Shown: positions 22,523 through 34,867 of the stretch, in pieces
Position numbering within the stretch: the first letter of the stretch is position 1
Layout: each line of letters begins with the position of its first letter
Assembly (NCBI GenBank): GCA_910592345.1
Contig: CAJVPI010000147.1
Coordinates: 1 to 48,984, forward strand
Length of the DNA: 48,984 bases
Reading direction: 5' to 3'
Source: Paraglomus brasilianum
Lineage: Eukaryota
Program-made: the position numbers and the translations under genes
Notes under the pieces: generated by a model
Databases searched by the model: none
Seen by the model: only the letters and a program-made list of their open reading frames with translations
What the model was told of the DNA's origin: nothing

Positions 22523-24973
22523 TGTGAGATGAAGGGAAAAAATTTAGTTCCAAATTCTTGGGTTAACTTTTTAATGATTTGATGTCGATCTCTACTATAT
22601 GGGACGTTATCATGTGAGGGTTCAGATTATGGGAACGTCAGTCATCGGTTATTATTGAATTGACACGATATTATTATTTGCGGTATTACAAAGAAATCAT
22701 GCATTCTGGTTAAATGGACATTACATGCATAACGTCACAGTGGCACTTTTATTATTGTTTAATAACCAACGCAAATTAAATCCATCGAGATCAAGTTTAC
22801 TAAAGAACCCGCACATAAACATTGAGGGTTGAATGGGTCTCTGCTTGTTTGGCTCTTAAAAACATTGTCATATAAAACAAGATACGTTCTAATGTTCTCG
22901 CATGCGAGCTTTGGTCTTGCCAAGCGATTGCGAACAATTCTAGTTCAAATATGATACCAGAATAATTGCGTGAGAAGAAAATGCTCGGACCGAAAGCCAT
23001 GAATATAACCTGTTTCATTACTTATTGTTGCTAATACACTAATTTCGCAGCCCTTTGTCCAGTAGCTTATGAATTTCAAACACTGTTTTGTTAGATGAAA
23101 AATTCAGTTCCTTTGTCGTATATCGTTTCAACATCTGACAAGTAAATTTGTTTGCTGATACATTTCTCAGTAGTAACTTTATAGTCTTAACCAGTGCTAA
23201 TGTATAGTGAAATTCGTTCAAAAAATAGTTAATTTTAAATTGGTTTATTCATCACGTTAACGCGAGCTTCTGCACCAATTATTGTGACAGATTAAAACAA
23301 CATCGTGGATTAAAACGAAATCTGGTGTCTTTTCAACGCCTCTGAAACCCACATATACTCTTTTATTAACAAGCGTCACCCTAAATCCTAACCCAAATCC
23401 CCCAAAAAGGCGTCGGTTTAATTCACACTTGATACAATGCGTCAATTAATTAAATCATGACAACATAATTAATAATAGCCTGAAATTATTACACACTTAA
23501 GATTTTACCGTCACCGATTACTGTCTGTCTGGGCAGGGTGTGCAAGAATATACCAATTTATAGCGTAAAGATAAGCAAGAAGCAGCAGATAGAAGAGATA
23601 ATAATTATTTAGCGTGGGTAACGTAGATTCGGAACACCAATAGATAAACTATATCGTTAAATGTATGCTATCAAGCGGCTAACCTTCAGCTAGTGTCGGC
23701 AGTCTTTCTTGAACCAGTAAATGTCAAACAGATATAGTTGCCGGGCGGACTGCCTAACAAACAAGTATTTATGTAAATAACGTGTGTAGTCGGCGTTGTC
23801 ATCCAACTAACATCACCGTTGAAAATTGTTTTGACTCTAATTTGTTATAAGGATGATAACTATAAGTTTATTACAACAATTAATGTCACGCTGATGCAAC
23901 TTGGGTCAGTAACCTGTATGAGTTCTGGCGTCAGCAGTAGAATTCATTCAGGCTGGGAGTTACGTACAAGCTAACTGGATATTTTATATATGCCACAAGA
24001 AGGTTGGAAATCAAGCGCAAATACAAATGCCAAAGATAAAGAGTATTAGGGCTGTCCCAGAAAAGGATAAACATGTTCATTACCAACCAATTACAGACAA
24101 ACAATCACCAAAAAGCACCTTCATTAGTGACACAAATACTCATCGGAGGAAGACACGTAGAGTAAGCTAAGAAATATTTGATCGACGACTACACGTAAAA
24201 AATTACCAGATGAAATAGCATGTACGTTGGTGAGCGTGGTATAAACATATAAGATTAAACAATGGTGGCTGATAACAAGTTGTCTGTCAATACACTGAGG
24301 CAATTTTATAGGTTGATAAAAACGCATCAGTCTTATCACAGAAGAGGTTCATTCGGCACTTTTTAAAATTTATTAGTACAGAAAATTTGAAACTGTGTTA
24401 TTGTAGCCACAGACTATTATTTGTATGTGTTTATATCACATTTAGATCATTTATATTAGATAATCGTCGTTGATGTAATTATAATAAGATGATAGAGCAA
24501 AAAAATTTAGTGGAAGGAAATGCTTTAATCTGCAACAACTATTATTTAGTACACGGCGTTCTTACATTGTTTTACCAATGATTAGATAACAACAAATTTT
24601 ATAATCGTTGAATCGAAAATAATAATAATATAATTAAACGCTTATAAACTATGTTATTCTTTACTATTACGGAATATCAGAACGGACGGTTAGTATTAAA
24701 ATCTATTATTGTAATTTACGTGTGCAAAACGGTAATATTAATATATGATTGTACGATTACTTTATAAATTACAATAATTAATGTATTAGATCTTTTAACG
24801 AGTACATAATAATAATTAACGTATTTCAATTTATTATAAACTTGTAGAAAAGACGGATATCGAAAGTTTTTTATATTTACAACTTGAGTTTTTAAAGCAA
24901 TAATTTATCGTTCATTATCATACACTATTTATGTGTGATGTAACACAATAATTGTTGAAATGTTCTCCCAGCA

Positions 24974-27468
24974 ATGTCGTTTGTTAACGATATGCATAAT
25001 TCAGCAATTGACAACTTGGTTCAATCCTCCTTGGAAAGTGAACATGACCTAAGGCTTAAATGGATTCCTTGCTCGGAAATCACCGATCTAGCACTAGAGT
25101 CAACTCCAACAGACGCTATCTATTACGCTAGTCACAAAGGAACGTATAGATATGGACTGCCGCTGACACTGGTATTCCTTGGAAACAGCGAAGAATGCAC
25201 ACCAACACTTGTGAGTGAGTTTACCAAAATATACTCACTTCCAACACACAAGTACAGCAATGCCGTTAATCAGTTCAGAAGATATAAGAAATGGCTTGAG
25301 TGGCGCAACAAATTCATAAAAGGATTTATCAAATCTAATGACAAGTATTACATGGTTGCTGATGAACTCTTTTACGATTGTTGTTCTCGATATGGATTCT
25401 GCTCCGCATGTGGAATACTCCGATGTAGCCCTGTGTGGTGCATTTGCGGACATAAAGAATTATCCAATGGATGGACGAGCAACAATAAGCAACTGGACGA
25501 GTTTATTAAAAAATCTCAATTACAAACAAACTCAGCAAATGATGCCTATTTGGAATGGATTCCATACGATTGCACTAGCGTGAGATATGGACGGATATAT
25601 TTGTATGGTTTACCTACTTATGAACATGTTAAATTGATTCCACTTGAGATAACAGACGAGACACTTGATTTATATTATGCCGAGGTAAACTATTTACTTA
25701 TGCGTCGTGTTTATTGATTAGTTTGGATAATTATTGACTCGATATAACGTATTATTTCCACTAGTTATGTGATGAGCATTCCGATATTCTTACCATGGAT
25801 GCTTGGGTTACCATCGGATTTACATATAATACAAGGACACAGAAGTATTATCTAATAAAATGTGAGGATGGATTGTGTCTATCATGTACACGTCCGTTAC
25901 ACCCCAAGATAAATGCATTCTGTTATAGATGTAAAGCACCAGCACCTCCTGATTGGACGACTGGCAACAAGTCTTTGGATTCATTCATTATGGAGTCGTG
26001 GAGTAATATGACAAATGAATGTGATGCTTACATACAATGGATAGAGTATTCTCTATTGGCGAACGTACGAGAAATGACCTCACTACGCCATGGATGTACA
26101 CTTATAGCAGAATGTTTAGAACTGACAACAAATGAATCGACACGTGTGACACTCAAAAAGATAGTCGACGAACAAAACGATCGGTTATTTGATTTTCATC
26201 AGGTAATTTATCTTTGCGCACAAACTTGCAAATATTATTATTAACGTGTGTATCGCGCGTTAAAGTTGTAATGACTATTTATTTACTCAAATAGTTAACT
26301 CGGGAATACCCAGAGATATTAACACCCGAGAATATTTGGATAATTGGGATCACTCAGGAGCCATCTACTCGGGAATATTATTTAGTTTTCTACCATGAAA
26401 TACGTCCGATATTGGACAAGTACAAGTTTATACACGTTAACAGATATGTTAAGTACATGCAGTATAGCGACTTTTACGGACTCTCAGAGATCGGATCTGG
26501 TGGCTATAGAACAGTTTATACTGCCAAATATAGAGGAGAAAGGTATACCGATGCTCATATACCACAAACTGTTGTACTCAAACGGTTTAAGAGTTTTGAT
26601 GAAATGCCGGAATTATTTATTTCCGAGGTAAGCAATTGTTGATGTTATCAATTAAGGCGATATTTAATTTGACTCTGCATTTACTTTTATTATTTAATAG
26701 TTCAGAAATCATGCCAAGTGCGCGTCTGATGATTTCCTTGAAATTTATGGATACACACAAGTCCCAGAAACAAAAGAGTACATGATTGTTATGCAATATG
26801 CTAACAATGGTAGTCTGTTGTCTTATTTGGATCAAAATATTAACAAACTGACGTGGTGGATGAAATTACAGTGTTTGAAGGATATTGCATTTTGTCTGTA
26901 CTGTATTCATAATGCGGGATTAGTGCATTGTGATCTTCATGGTGGAAACATACTTTTGCATGACGATATGCATTTAATATGCGATCTTGGTCTTTCCCAA
27001 TCAGTGAATTCGCGTGTGTCAACTATTCGAGGCGTTTCACCCTTTCTTGCACCGGAAGTCTTTCATATTCGCAAATTTACTCAGAAGGCAGACGTATATG
27101 CATTTGGTATTATTATGCATTTGATGGCCACTGGTGAACCACCTTTCAGCGATAGGCCGTTTGACACAAGTTTAATGTGCGATATTATGGGTGGACTACG
27201 ACCGCTGATGCCTGATTCAGCACCAGAGGAATACAAAAAACTTGCCGAGCAGTGTTGTGATGCAGATCCTGATAAGCGTCCAGATGCACGGACAATTTGG
27301 AATAATATTAAAAAGGATTTGTACAATGATAACTCCTGTATGTGGGATACTATCTATCATCATGATGCAAGACCATTATCGCGTCTCGAGAAAGAAAGTA
27401 AATTCTCATTAGTTTCCCTTATCAGATTTCAGCTTGCCAAATTTAGAAGTAAAATTAGGGGAGGTTGA
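24974..27468 (+). CDS. Tyrosine-kinase-like (TKL) protein kinase with repeated N-terminal Cys/WTSxN/EWI modules, 4 exons (~750 aa)
   Basis: In-phase exons 24974-25684, 25765-26202, 26295-26627, 26701-27468. Kinase motifs IGSGGYRTV, VVLK, MQYANNGSL, HCDLHGGNIL, DLG, APE, DVYAFG, CCDADPDKRP. Upstream CxxC..CxC + WT(S/T)xNKxLDxFI + (E/Q)WI modules are typical of the expanded Glomeromycotina-type TKL family. The C-terminal end is uncertain. Confidence 0.88.
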
Positions 27469-30002
27469 CAATTAGTTTTGTTCATACAAACAAAGTTAAT
27501 TTAAAATATTAACATCGTTCATTGTGTTATGATTTAGTGTTGAATCACGAGTTTTATTTAAGTGTTTATCACTGTGTGCACGATATACATTTCCGCGATT
27601 TATGGTAGTACTGTAAATTGCTCTTACGAATACTACTTGGATGACACAAGCCTTAGTTTTAACGCTTGAAATTATTGGTTCACTCAAGCACGTCCGCGCT
27701 AAATTTCTCTCCTACAGGGCTTCGTAATTGGGGATGGTAATACTATATTCACAATGGTTATTGTTAAGTAAAATACATATTAATATTCGCTATAGCAATC
27801 GCTCAAGAAGACCAGAACTTGTATTGCAATTTCACTTTTATTATATATTTTGATCGAATATTTGAACATGTCTATTAGAATTCCATACCTCATGAATGGA
27901 TCTGGTTCATTTCATTTCCCCGACTGATAACCGACGGTATATTTATCAAAAATCTTTCGTCGATGTTTATCGTTATTGTAAAATTACTAGTAAATGTCAA
28001 AAAACCTGGTTTATGGGGTTCGATCAGTGAAAATTATTACTGCGTACACTTTTCGAATTACGAACATATTAATTAATGTGAAACTCAATATTATTAGCAG
28101 ATTAAATTATTCTTTGACCGTGGACAAGCACATACAATTTGGCTCATATGCAGACATACTGTATACCCTATACTAAACAGCCTTGCAAACTCATTTAAGT
28201 TGGATCTCAAAAAACCTAATACTAATACTAATACTAAGGGTATTTAGTGAGTAAACCGAGTATATTCATAAATTTTACACTTTTTACCACAAAAGTTATT
28301 TCCGTGACTGTAATGCAACACCACTGGTGCACCAGGCGAAATTAATATGAATCACCGAACCTCGATCGGCTTTAAAAATTCCAACACGCCCCTAAATCGG
28401 TTGAAACAGGTGGACAAAGGGGATGATCAATTATTTGATTTTCATCAGGTAAATTATTCAAGGATATATTGCATTTTGTCTGCACTGTATTCATAATGCG
28501 GGATTAGTGCATTGTGATCTTCATGGTGGAAAATTACTTTTGCATGACGATATGCATTTAATATGCGATCTTGGTCTTTCCCAATCAGTGAATTCGCGTG
28601 TGTCAACTATTCGAGGCGTTTCACCCTTTCTTGCACCGGAAGTCTTTCATATTCGCAAATTTACTCAGAAGGCAGACGTATATGCATTTGGTATTATTAT
28701 GCATTTGATGGCCACTGGTGAACCACCTTTCAGCGATAGGCCGTTTGACACAAGTTTAATGTGCGATATTATGGGTGGACTACGACCGCTGATGCCTGAT
28801 TCAGCACCAGAGGAATACAAGAAACTTGCCGAGCAGTGTTGTGATGCAGATCCTGATAAGCGTCCAGATGCATGGACAATGTTAAAGAGGAGTTGTACAA
28901 TGATAATTCTGCTTCCTACTACTACTATTACTATGTATGGGATACTATCTATCATAATGATGCGGAGAGGTTAACAAGGAGTAAGGGAGTTAGTTTAGAT
29001 TTGGTGGCAGTTATGAAGACAACAATTGGTTTTGTTCATTTAAACAAAGTCAATTTACAATATTAACATCGTTAATTGTGTGTTTATCACTAAAGTTTCT
29101 GTGTGCACTCTACTTGGGTGACACAAGCCTTAATTCTAATGCTTGCTTATTTTGACGTCTGCGCTAAATTTCTCTCCTACAGGGCTTCGTAATTGGGGAT
29201 GGTAGCACTATATTCACAATGGTTATTGTTAAGTAAAATACATATCCGCTATATATAGCAATCGCTCAAAAAGACCAGAACTTGTATTGCAGTTTCACTT
29301 TTATTCTATATTTTGATCGAATATCTGGACATGTCTACTAGCATTCCATATCTCATGAATGGATCCGGTTCATTTCATTTCCCCGACAATCACCCTGACA
29401 ACCAACAGTATATTTATCGTGTTTATTGTAAAATTTACTAGTACTAGTAAATGTTCGAGAAGGCCATAAAAAGCATAATGTCATTAAAGTGGTTTGGTTG
29501 ATGAATGAAAATTATTACTGCATACACGTTTCGAATCTTCTGTGTATTATGAACATCTAATACCAAAATTAATTAATGTGAAACTCAATATTAGCAGATT
29601 AAATTATTCTTTGACCGTGGACAAGCACATACATATGCAGACATACCTTGCAAAACTCATTTAAATACTCAAAATTTAGTGAGTAAAACCGAGTATATTA
29701 GTATTTCTGAAGACATATTTCAGGTATTTTAAATCGATGTATTTCTCACAAGTCTGTAACTTTGAACTATTCGACAACTGCATGGTTCTTGGCTTTAGCA
29801 CGTCAGAAACGGGTATTTATTACTACGTCAGCGACGTATCAGAAATACCCGCTGGTAAAGGATCAAATTAAGTAATCATTAATTTGTCTGTGATGTAGTC
29901 GGAACCGTCTTAAAAATTCCACATGCTCATAATAATAACAACCATTGGCAATAAATTTTACACTTTTTATCACAAAAAGTTATTTCCGTGTCTGTAATGC
30001 AA
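26877..30002 (+). repeat. Tandem segmental duplication (~26877-28320 vs ~28459-30002)
   Basis: The kinase 3' end and downstream non-coding blocks (e.g. GCGCTAAATTTCTCTCCTACAGGGCTTCGTAATTGGGGATGG; GACCGTGGACAAGCACATAC; ATAAATTTTACACTTTT) occur twice in the same order. The second copy has ~250 extra bp near 29700-29950. Confidence 0.92.
28401..28974 (+). pseudogene. Internally deleted tandem copy of the TKL kinase
   Basis: 28401-28455 matches the exon-2 end and donor (LFDFHQ|gtaa) and is fused directly to a near-identical copy of mid exon 4. The catalytic loop reads HCDLHGGKLL (N to K), there is a frameshift near 28880, and no N-lobe. Confidence 0.88.
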
Positions 30003-30639
30003 TCTGTGTTTTTGTTTTTGTCTTCCGATTCAAATGACACAAAAGATATATTAAATTTATGTGGCGCAATTTGTTTGGGCAAAGCTTGCTAAGACAAAAG
30101 TTCATTGAGCTGACATAAGCGTTATTATAAATTGGTCGCTTGGCGAACGTACATTATATGCCGTAGGAGCCGGGAAATATAAAAGCTTTTGAATGACTTT
30201 TTGCGTGATTCTGGATATGCAATAACACGGCATCTCCCAGTGAGGCAGCCTGTAAATGTCAACTTGCTTGCGTCTTCTTACAATGAAAGAATGCCAAAAA
30301 CCAAGAAGATGCATCCGCCATCACTCGTATACGCAATATATCAACCTTTATCTATCTGTGTCATATTCTCTGTACATGAATACACAAATGTCGTTCATAA
30401 TTTCTTTGTCTGTCCCATTTCATTCTCTGCACATACCAATGTATGAAGTAACGTGACATACATCCAGATCGCTATTATGCATCAAATTTTATTGTGTAAC
30501 ACACATTGTGCTTCAATACTTGGTAACCAATTTAATGTGATACTTTCACACAATGTTGATACTGGCTTACTGGCCCACTTGTCACCCGACTTTGGTAACT
30601 GGCAGGCTCTAATCACCTGGTAATTACGGCAGCGAGCGT

Positions 30640-30705
30640 CGTGGTGGAGGTGGTGGAAGTGGTGGTGGAAGTGGTGGTGGAAGTGGTGGGGGAGGAGGAG
30701 GAGGA
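30640..30705 (+). repeat. G-rich 12-bp/trinucleotide repeat upstream of the velvet gene
   Basis: GTGGTGGTGGAA units followed by (GGA)n. Confidence 0.85.
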
Positions 30706-31077
30706 GCTTGAATACGAGAGTGAGCGTTATAGAAAACATTTCCAGGCACAAGTATAAATAGAATTAGTGACAAAATATATGTTATTGGGGCTGTGATAAT
30801 TGATATCTATTATAGTAATAGATTGTGATTTTATTCCCCAACTTCAATGGGGAGGTCACACAGCAATCTTAGCTTGCCAGGTTTCAACCATATCACATGA
30901 TATTAATAAATATCTTTCTTCAATCTGGCGTTTCACTCCTCGTTGCTTCCGAACCAAAAAGTCAAAGGAAAAAAAAGAAATATCAAGGAAATTTTCTTTC
31001 TCTCCACTATTTCCTTCCTCTAACACCGTCGACATTCAGCTACGTTCCTTTACGCATTCTTCGATTAATTTTCACAA

Positions 31078-33277
31078 ATGTACCATCCGCACAGTGCCAT
31101 ACCTCCCCCAACAACTCAAACTTCGCACCAGTCAGAACATTTCCCCCCTAGTGCTCGTTCAGACTATCCTCCTCCAGAAGGGTACTATCATAACGTACCG
31201 CATGTGTATTCACACTATTACGAATATCACCATCCGCCACCGCACGCTCACTATATGACATATCCATCTTTACCTCCCGGTCTTCCTCTTCACCCTCAAC
31301 AACCTCAACAACATCAACAGCTCTCTCCTTCGATAGCCACAAGACACGACGAAGAGAAACCGAGACAGACAAGGGGGCAATCGACATCGGGGAATAGCAA
31401 TACTACATCGAACGAATCAAAAGGAACGGCTGATAATGGGAAGAGAGAACCCAAGGCAAGGAGCACATTGCCTAACAAAAATCCCGCCTCTGGTCCTTCA
31501 GCTTCTTCGGGACCGCCTGCTAAAAGATTCAGAATAGAAAAATTTGGAATTTTTGATGCTCCTCAAGAGGATGAGGATAAAAGGTAGGAGATAACAGGGG
31601 GGTTGGAAACGTACAAGATTAGAATTGAATCGGATGTGGAGAAAAACACGTGTAGGCATAGTGCATGGCATGGCAATAAGAAGAAAAAAAAGAATGGGTA
31701 CAATTTATAACCAAGTGTAAGTGTTTGGAGGGATTATTAATGACGAATATTGGATATCAAGTAAGGTAAGGACAGGAGACGACGAAAAAAAAAAATTCTA
31801 AAAAATGAAAGTTAGTGAGCTCCGGCAGCTTGTGATAAAAATTGCAAGAGACTAGTCGATCTACTGTTGGGGCCACTGCAATCATCTCTCCGATCCCAAC
31901 GTTATTTCCCTGAGGTGATCTGATATTTAATGTTGACTTTACGTCTTCTCATCCTTTGCTAAACAATGGATTCCCAAAGACACGTAATTGCACTTTGGTA
32001 CCCATTCGTTAACTCGTTCATGTAGCTTGACACGCTTATTCCCATTATTCGCAAGCTGCTCTGTGATGCATGTATTTTTAGACTCGCTATGATAATGATA
32101 TGATAGTATTCATCTTTATACTAACCCGCTAATACTTTCCTCGTCCCAAAACGTGTCTATGCATTTTCAGAATCTATCGATTAGTTGTTTGTCAGCAACC
32201 ACTACGCGCACGCATGTGTGGATTCGGTGAGAAAGATCGGCGGCCGGTCGATCCTCCTCCGATAGTGCAACTAATCATTAATGACGAGAAGGGTAATTTG
32301 GATACAAGGTATATGTAGCGAGAGGGAAGGTGAGAAACAATGGAGCGGGTGAGGAGCAACTTTTAGGTCCCACGATGTGCGTTTGTTTGGATTTTCCCCT
32401 TTGCTATATAAAAGAGTGAATTGATCGTGGGTGGTTAAGGTCACTTTGGTCGTGTATTATAACATTAGTAGGACATTTATCGTTAATTCTTATCACGTTC
32501 TCTTACCTACCTTGCACATTTTTTTTACACGAATTGATCATATATCAAACTCTACTCTCTTAGCATGCTCCAGAATCCCTTCTTTGTTCTCCATGTAACC
32601 CTGTGGTCAGAGGATGGCCGGGAAGAGCGAAATGTGATTAGCAGTCCACCAAAGACTACTCGTGTACTGATGGGTTCTCTTGTCTCTTCGCCGGCCATAT
32701 TAAAAAACACTCAGAATGAGCAGGGTTGCTATTTCTGCTTCCCAGACCTATCCATACGCACGGAGGGAAAGTATACGCTAAAATTCTCCTTGATGAAATT
32801 GGGAAAGTAAGTATTGTAAATGATGTGGGAGGGACCGTGGAGTGCGATTAGAAGACGTCAGAAAGGTTGAAAAGGAAGATGTGAAAAGTGATATATATAT
32901 ATATATATATGTGCATATTTGGCGTGAATTGACATATCTAAACGATTGAATGAAACCAACCAACCAACCAACCAACCAACCAACGCTCTGCTCCTTTTGC
33001 TTTACTTAGTGAAGACCACCGATTGGTTGATACTCGAGCCGTTATCCTCACCACCACATTCTCTTCGCCATTCACAGTCTATTCCGCAAAGAAGTTCCCG
33101 GGAATGACAGGTACAGATATCCAATATTCTGTTAATCTTTGACTTTTCCTCTACAAATTCACTCTAAAAACATGCTACTTTCCATCAGAGTCGACGGAAC
33201 TTTCGAAAGCATTCGCCAAACAAGGTTTAAAAATTCCTATCCGCAACGACGTACGGCCCCGTAGGTTGGAAGACTAA
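31078..33277 (+). CDS. Velvet-domain transcription factor (C-terminal velvet domain, VelB/VelC-like), 5 exons, 358 aa
   Basis: Exons 31078-31583, 32171-32308, 32564-32806, 33010-33110, 33189-33277. Motifs [93 protein letters not shown]. Confidence 0.94.
32955..32983. repeat. (AACC)n microsatellite in velvet intron 3 (a TA run also lies at ~32891-32910)
   Basis: Direct reading. Confidence 0.9.
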
Positions 33278-33541
33278 AGAAGAGGGATTTTTACACGTTT
33301 GTAAGTTGGAAGGAGCTTTTAACTTAAAATATACCTTGCGTCGTTTTACGGATAATTGACGAACGAATATACTGTAAAAATTGCTCGAATGTCAATTCAT
33401 TGATAGTTATTTAACGTTTATTGAGTTTTTCTCTAATATGCTTATCACTTTACTTGTTCCTTTCCTTTTTATAAATGTATTTTCGCCTTCTTTCAATTGT
33501 CGAGAAATTCTAAGACGAACCGAAAAAAAAAACGAAAAAAG

Positions 33542-33573
<32 letters not shown>

Positions 33574-34784
33574 GAACTAGCTACTATACTTAATCAATAA
33601 TACATAAGTCAAGGATTACAGCAAGCATACAGAGAATGATGATAAAATACCCTTCATGATAATACAGTCTGAACGAATTCTAAATACAAAAATTTTAATA
33701 ATAATAATAATAAATCGAACGCAAACGGTTTGTGTGTGGGGCAAGTTTCCATCGTGATACTGTCAGCGGGTAGTCAATTGGTGTGTTATGTTATCAGGAA
33801 GATCTGCACGTGTAGAATGCAGATATGCGAAAGTCCTTTGGTAGGGAGAGAAGCATCCCACTTATACAACTGAAAAGTGGGTGGGGTGGAGTGATGGGGT
33901 GTCTTCTTTAAGAGAAACAACGCGAAAAACACCATCAGCAACCTTTTTCTGGTTGTTATAAAGGCAACTACCAAGGGTAAAAAATCCATGTTCAAATTGG
34001 CCAGATCAAAAAAAAATTCCCTCCAAATATTTTGCCTGTTAGGAATCAATCCTTAATATAAAGTTTTTACTTATCATTTTCGATAACAAAAAAAAACAAA
34101 TTACGTGAATGTCTGTACAGAAAATAAAATAATTTGATCGTTTCGTCAACCAAAAAAAGCATAACGAAAACGCGCAATCATTCTAACATTATTTCTCTAG
34201 TTCATATAATGATAATATAATAATCACGTTCTTTGCTTGTTTCCAATGCATCAGAATAAGTGACATATATTAAAACCACATAAGTTTTCGTTTAAAAAAA
34301 GGGGGGGGAGGGAAATTTTTTTACATGAAAATTTCTTGCTTTCATTTGGAGGAGGGAAAAAATAAAAAAGAAGGAATATGACTCTTAAGAATAATAACAA
34401 AACAGGTAAATAGTTCTAATTAATATAGTTGGGCGGCCAGAATGAGGCATACATACAAAACTTTCTTGGAGAAAAACAAATCCCAACATCACAACACACG
34501 CGATAACGCGATAAATTTTGCGCTTTCCGAATAAGGAGTGGAAACCTAATTATAATAGCGATAGGGAAAGCTGGTTCAAACACCATATAAAGAAAAATAA
34601 ACCCTTTGTGATTTTATTTATAGAGGTGTTTGCAATTGGATAAGTTCTCACAGCACGTGCATGCAGTCACGTTACTGTAGCGTTCTGCTGGTGTCCTTGA
34701 ATGGGATTAAGAGAGTGTGGTGGGAAGGAGGAAGAGGAGAAGGAAGAAGATGGGGTTGAACGGTAAAGGAATGGAAGAGACTGA

Positions 34785-34845
34785 TTGATTGAGAGATTGA
34801 GATTGAGAGATTGAGAGATTGAGAGATTGAGAGATTGAGAGATTG
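34785..34845. repeat. (GATTGAGA)n 8-bp repeat in the LDB-gene 3' UTR
   Basis: About seven imperfect tandem copies. Confidence 0.9.
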
Positions 34846-34867
34846 TGGGGGAATATTAGGATAGACA

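Noticed and set aside
22800..23020. Possible FunK1-like kinase remnant on the - strand (TGYIHG..GIIF)
   Set aside because: Too short and degenerate to support.
23379..23403. Telomere-like CCCTAA variants
   Set aside because: Only about three degenerate units; compatible with chance.
24047..24060. hAT-like terminus TAGGGCTGTCCC
   Set aside because: No partner inverted repeat or TSD found.
31865..31945. TPP riboswitch-like words (CTGAG, CTGAT, TAAT) in velvet intron 1
   Set aside because: Spacing and P1/P2/P4/P5 pairing do not fit, and it is not a thiamine gene.
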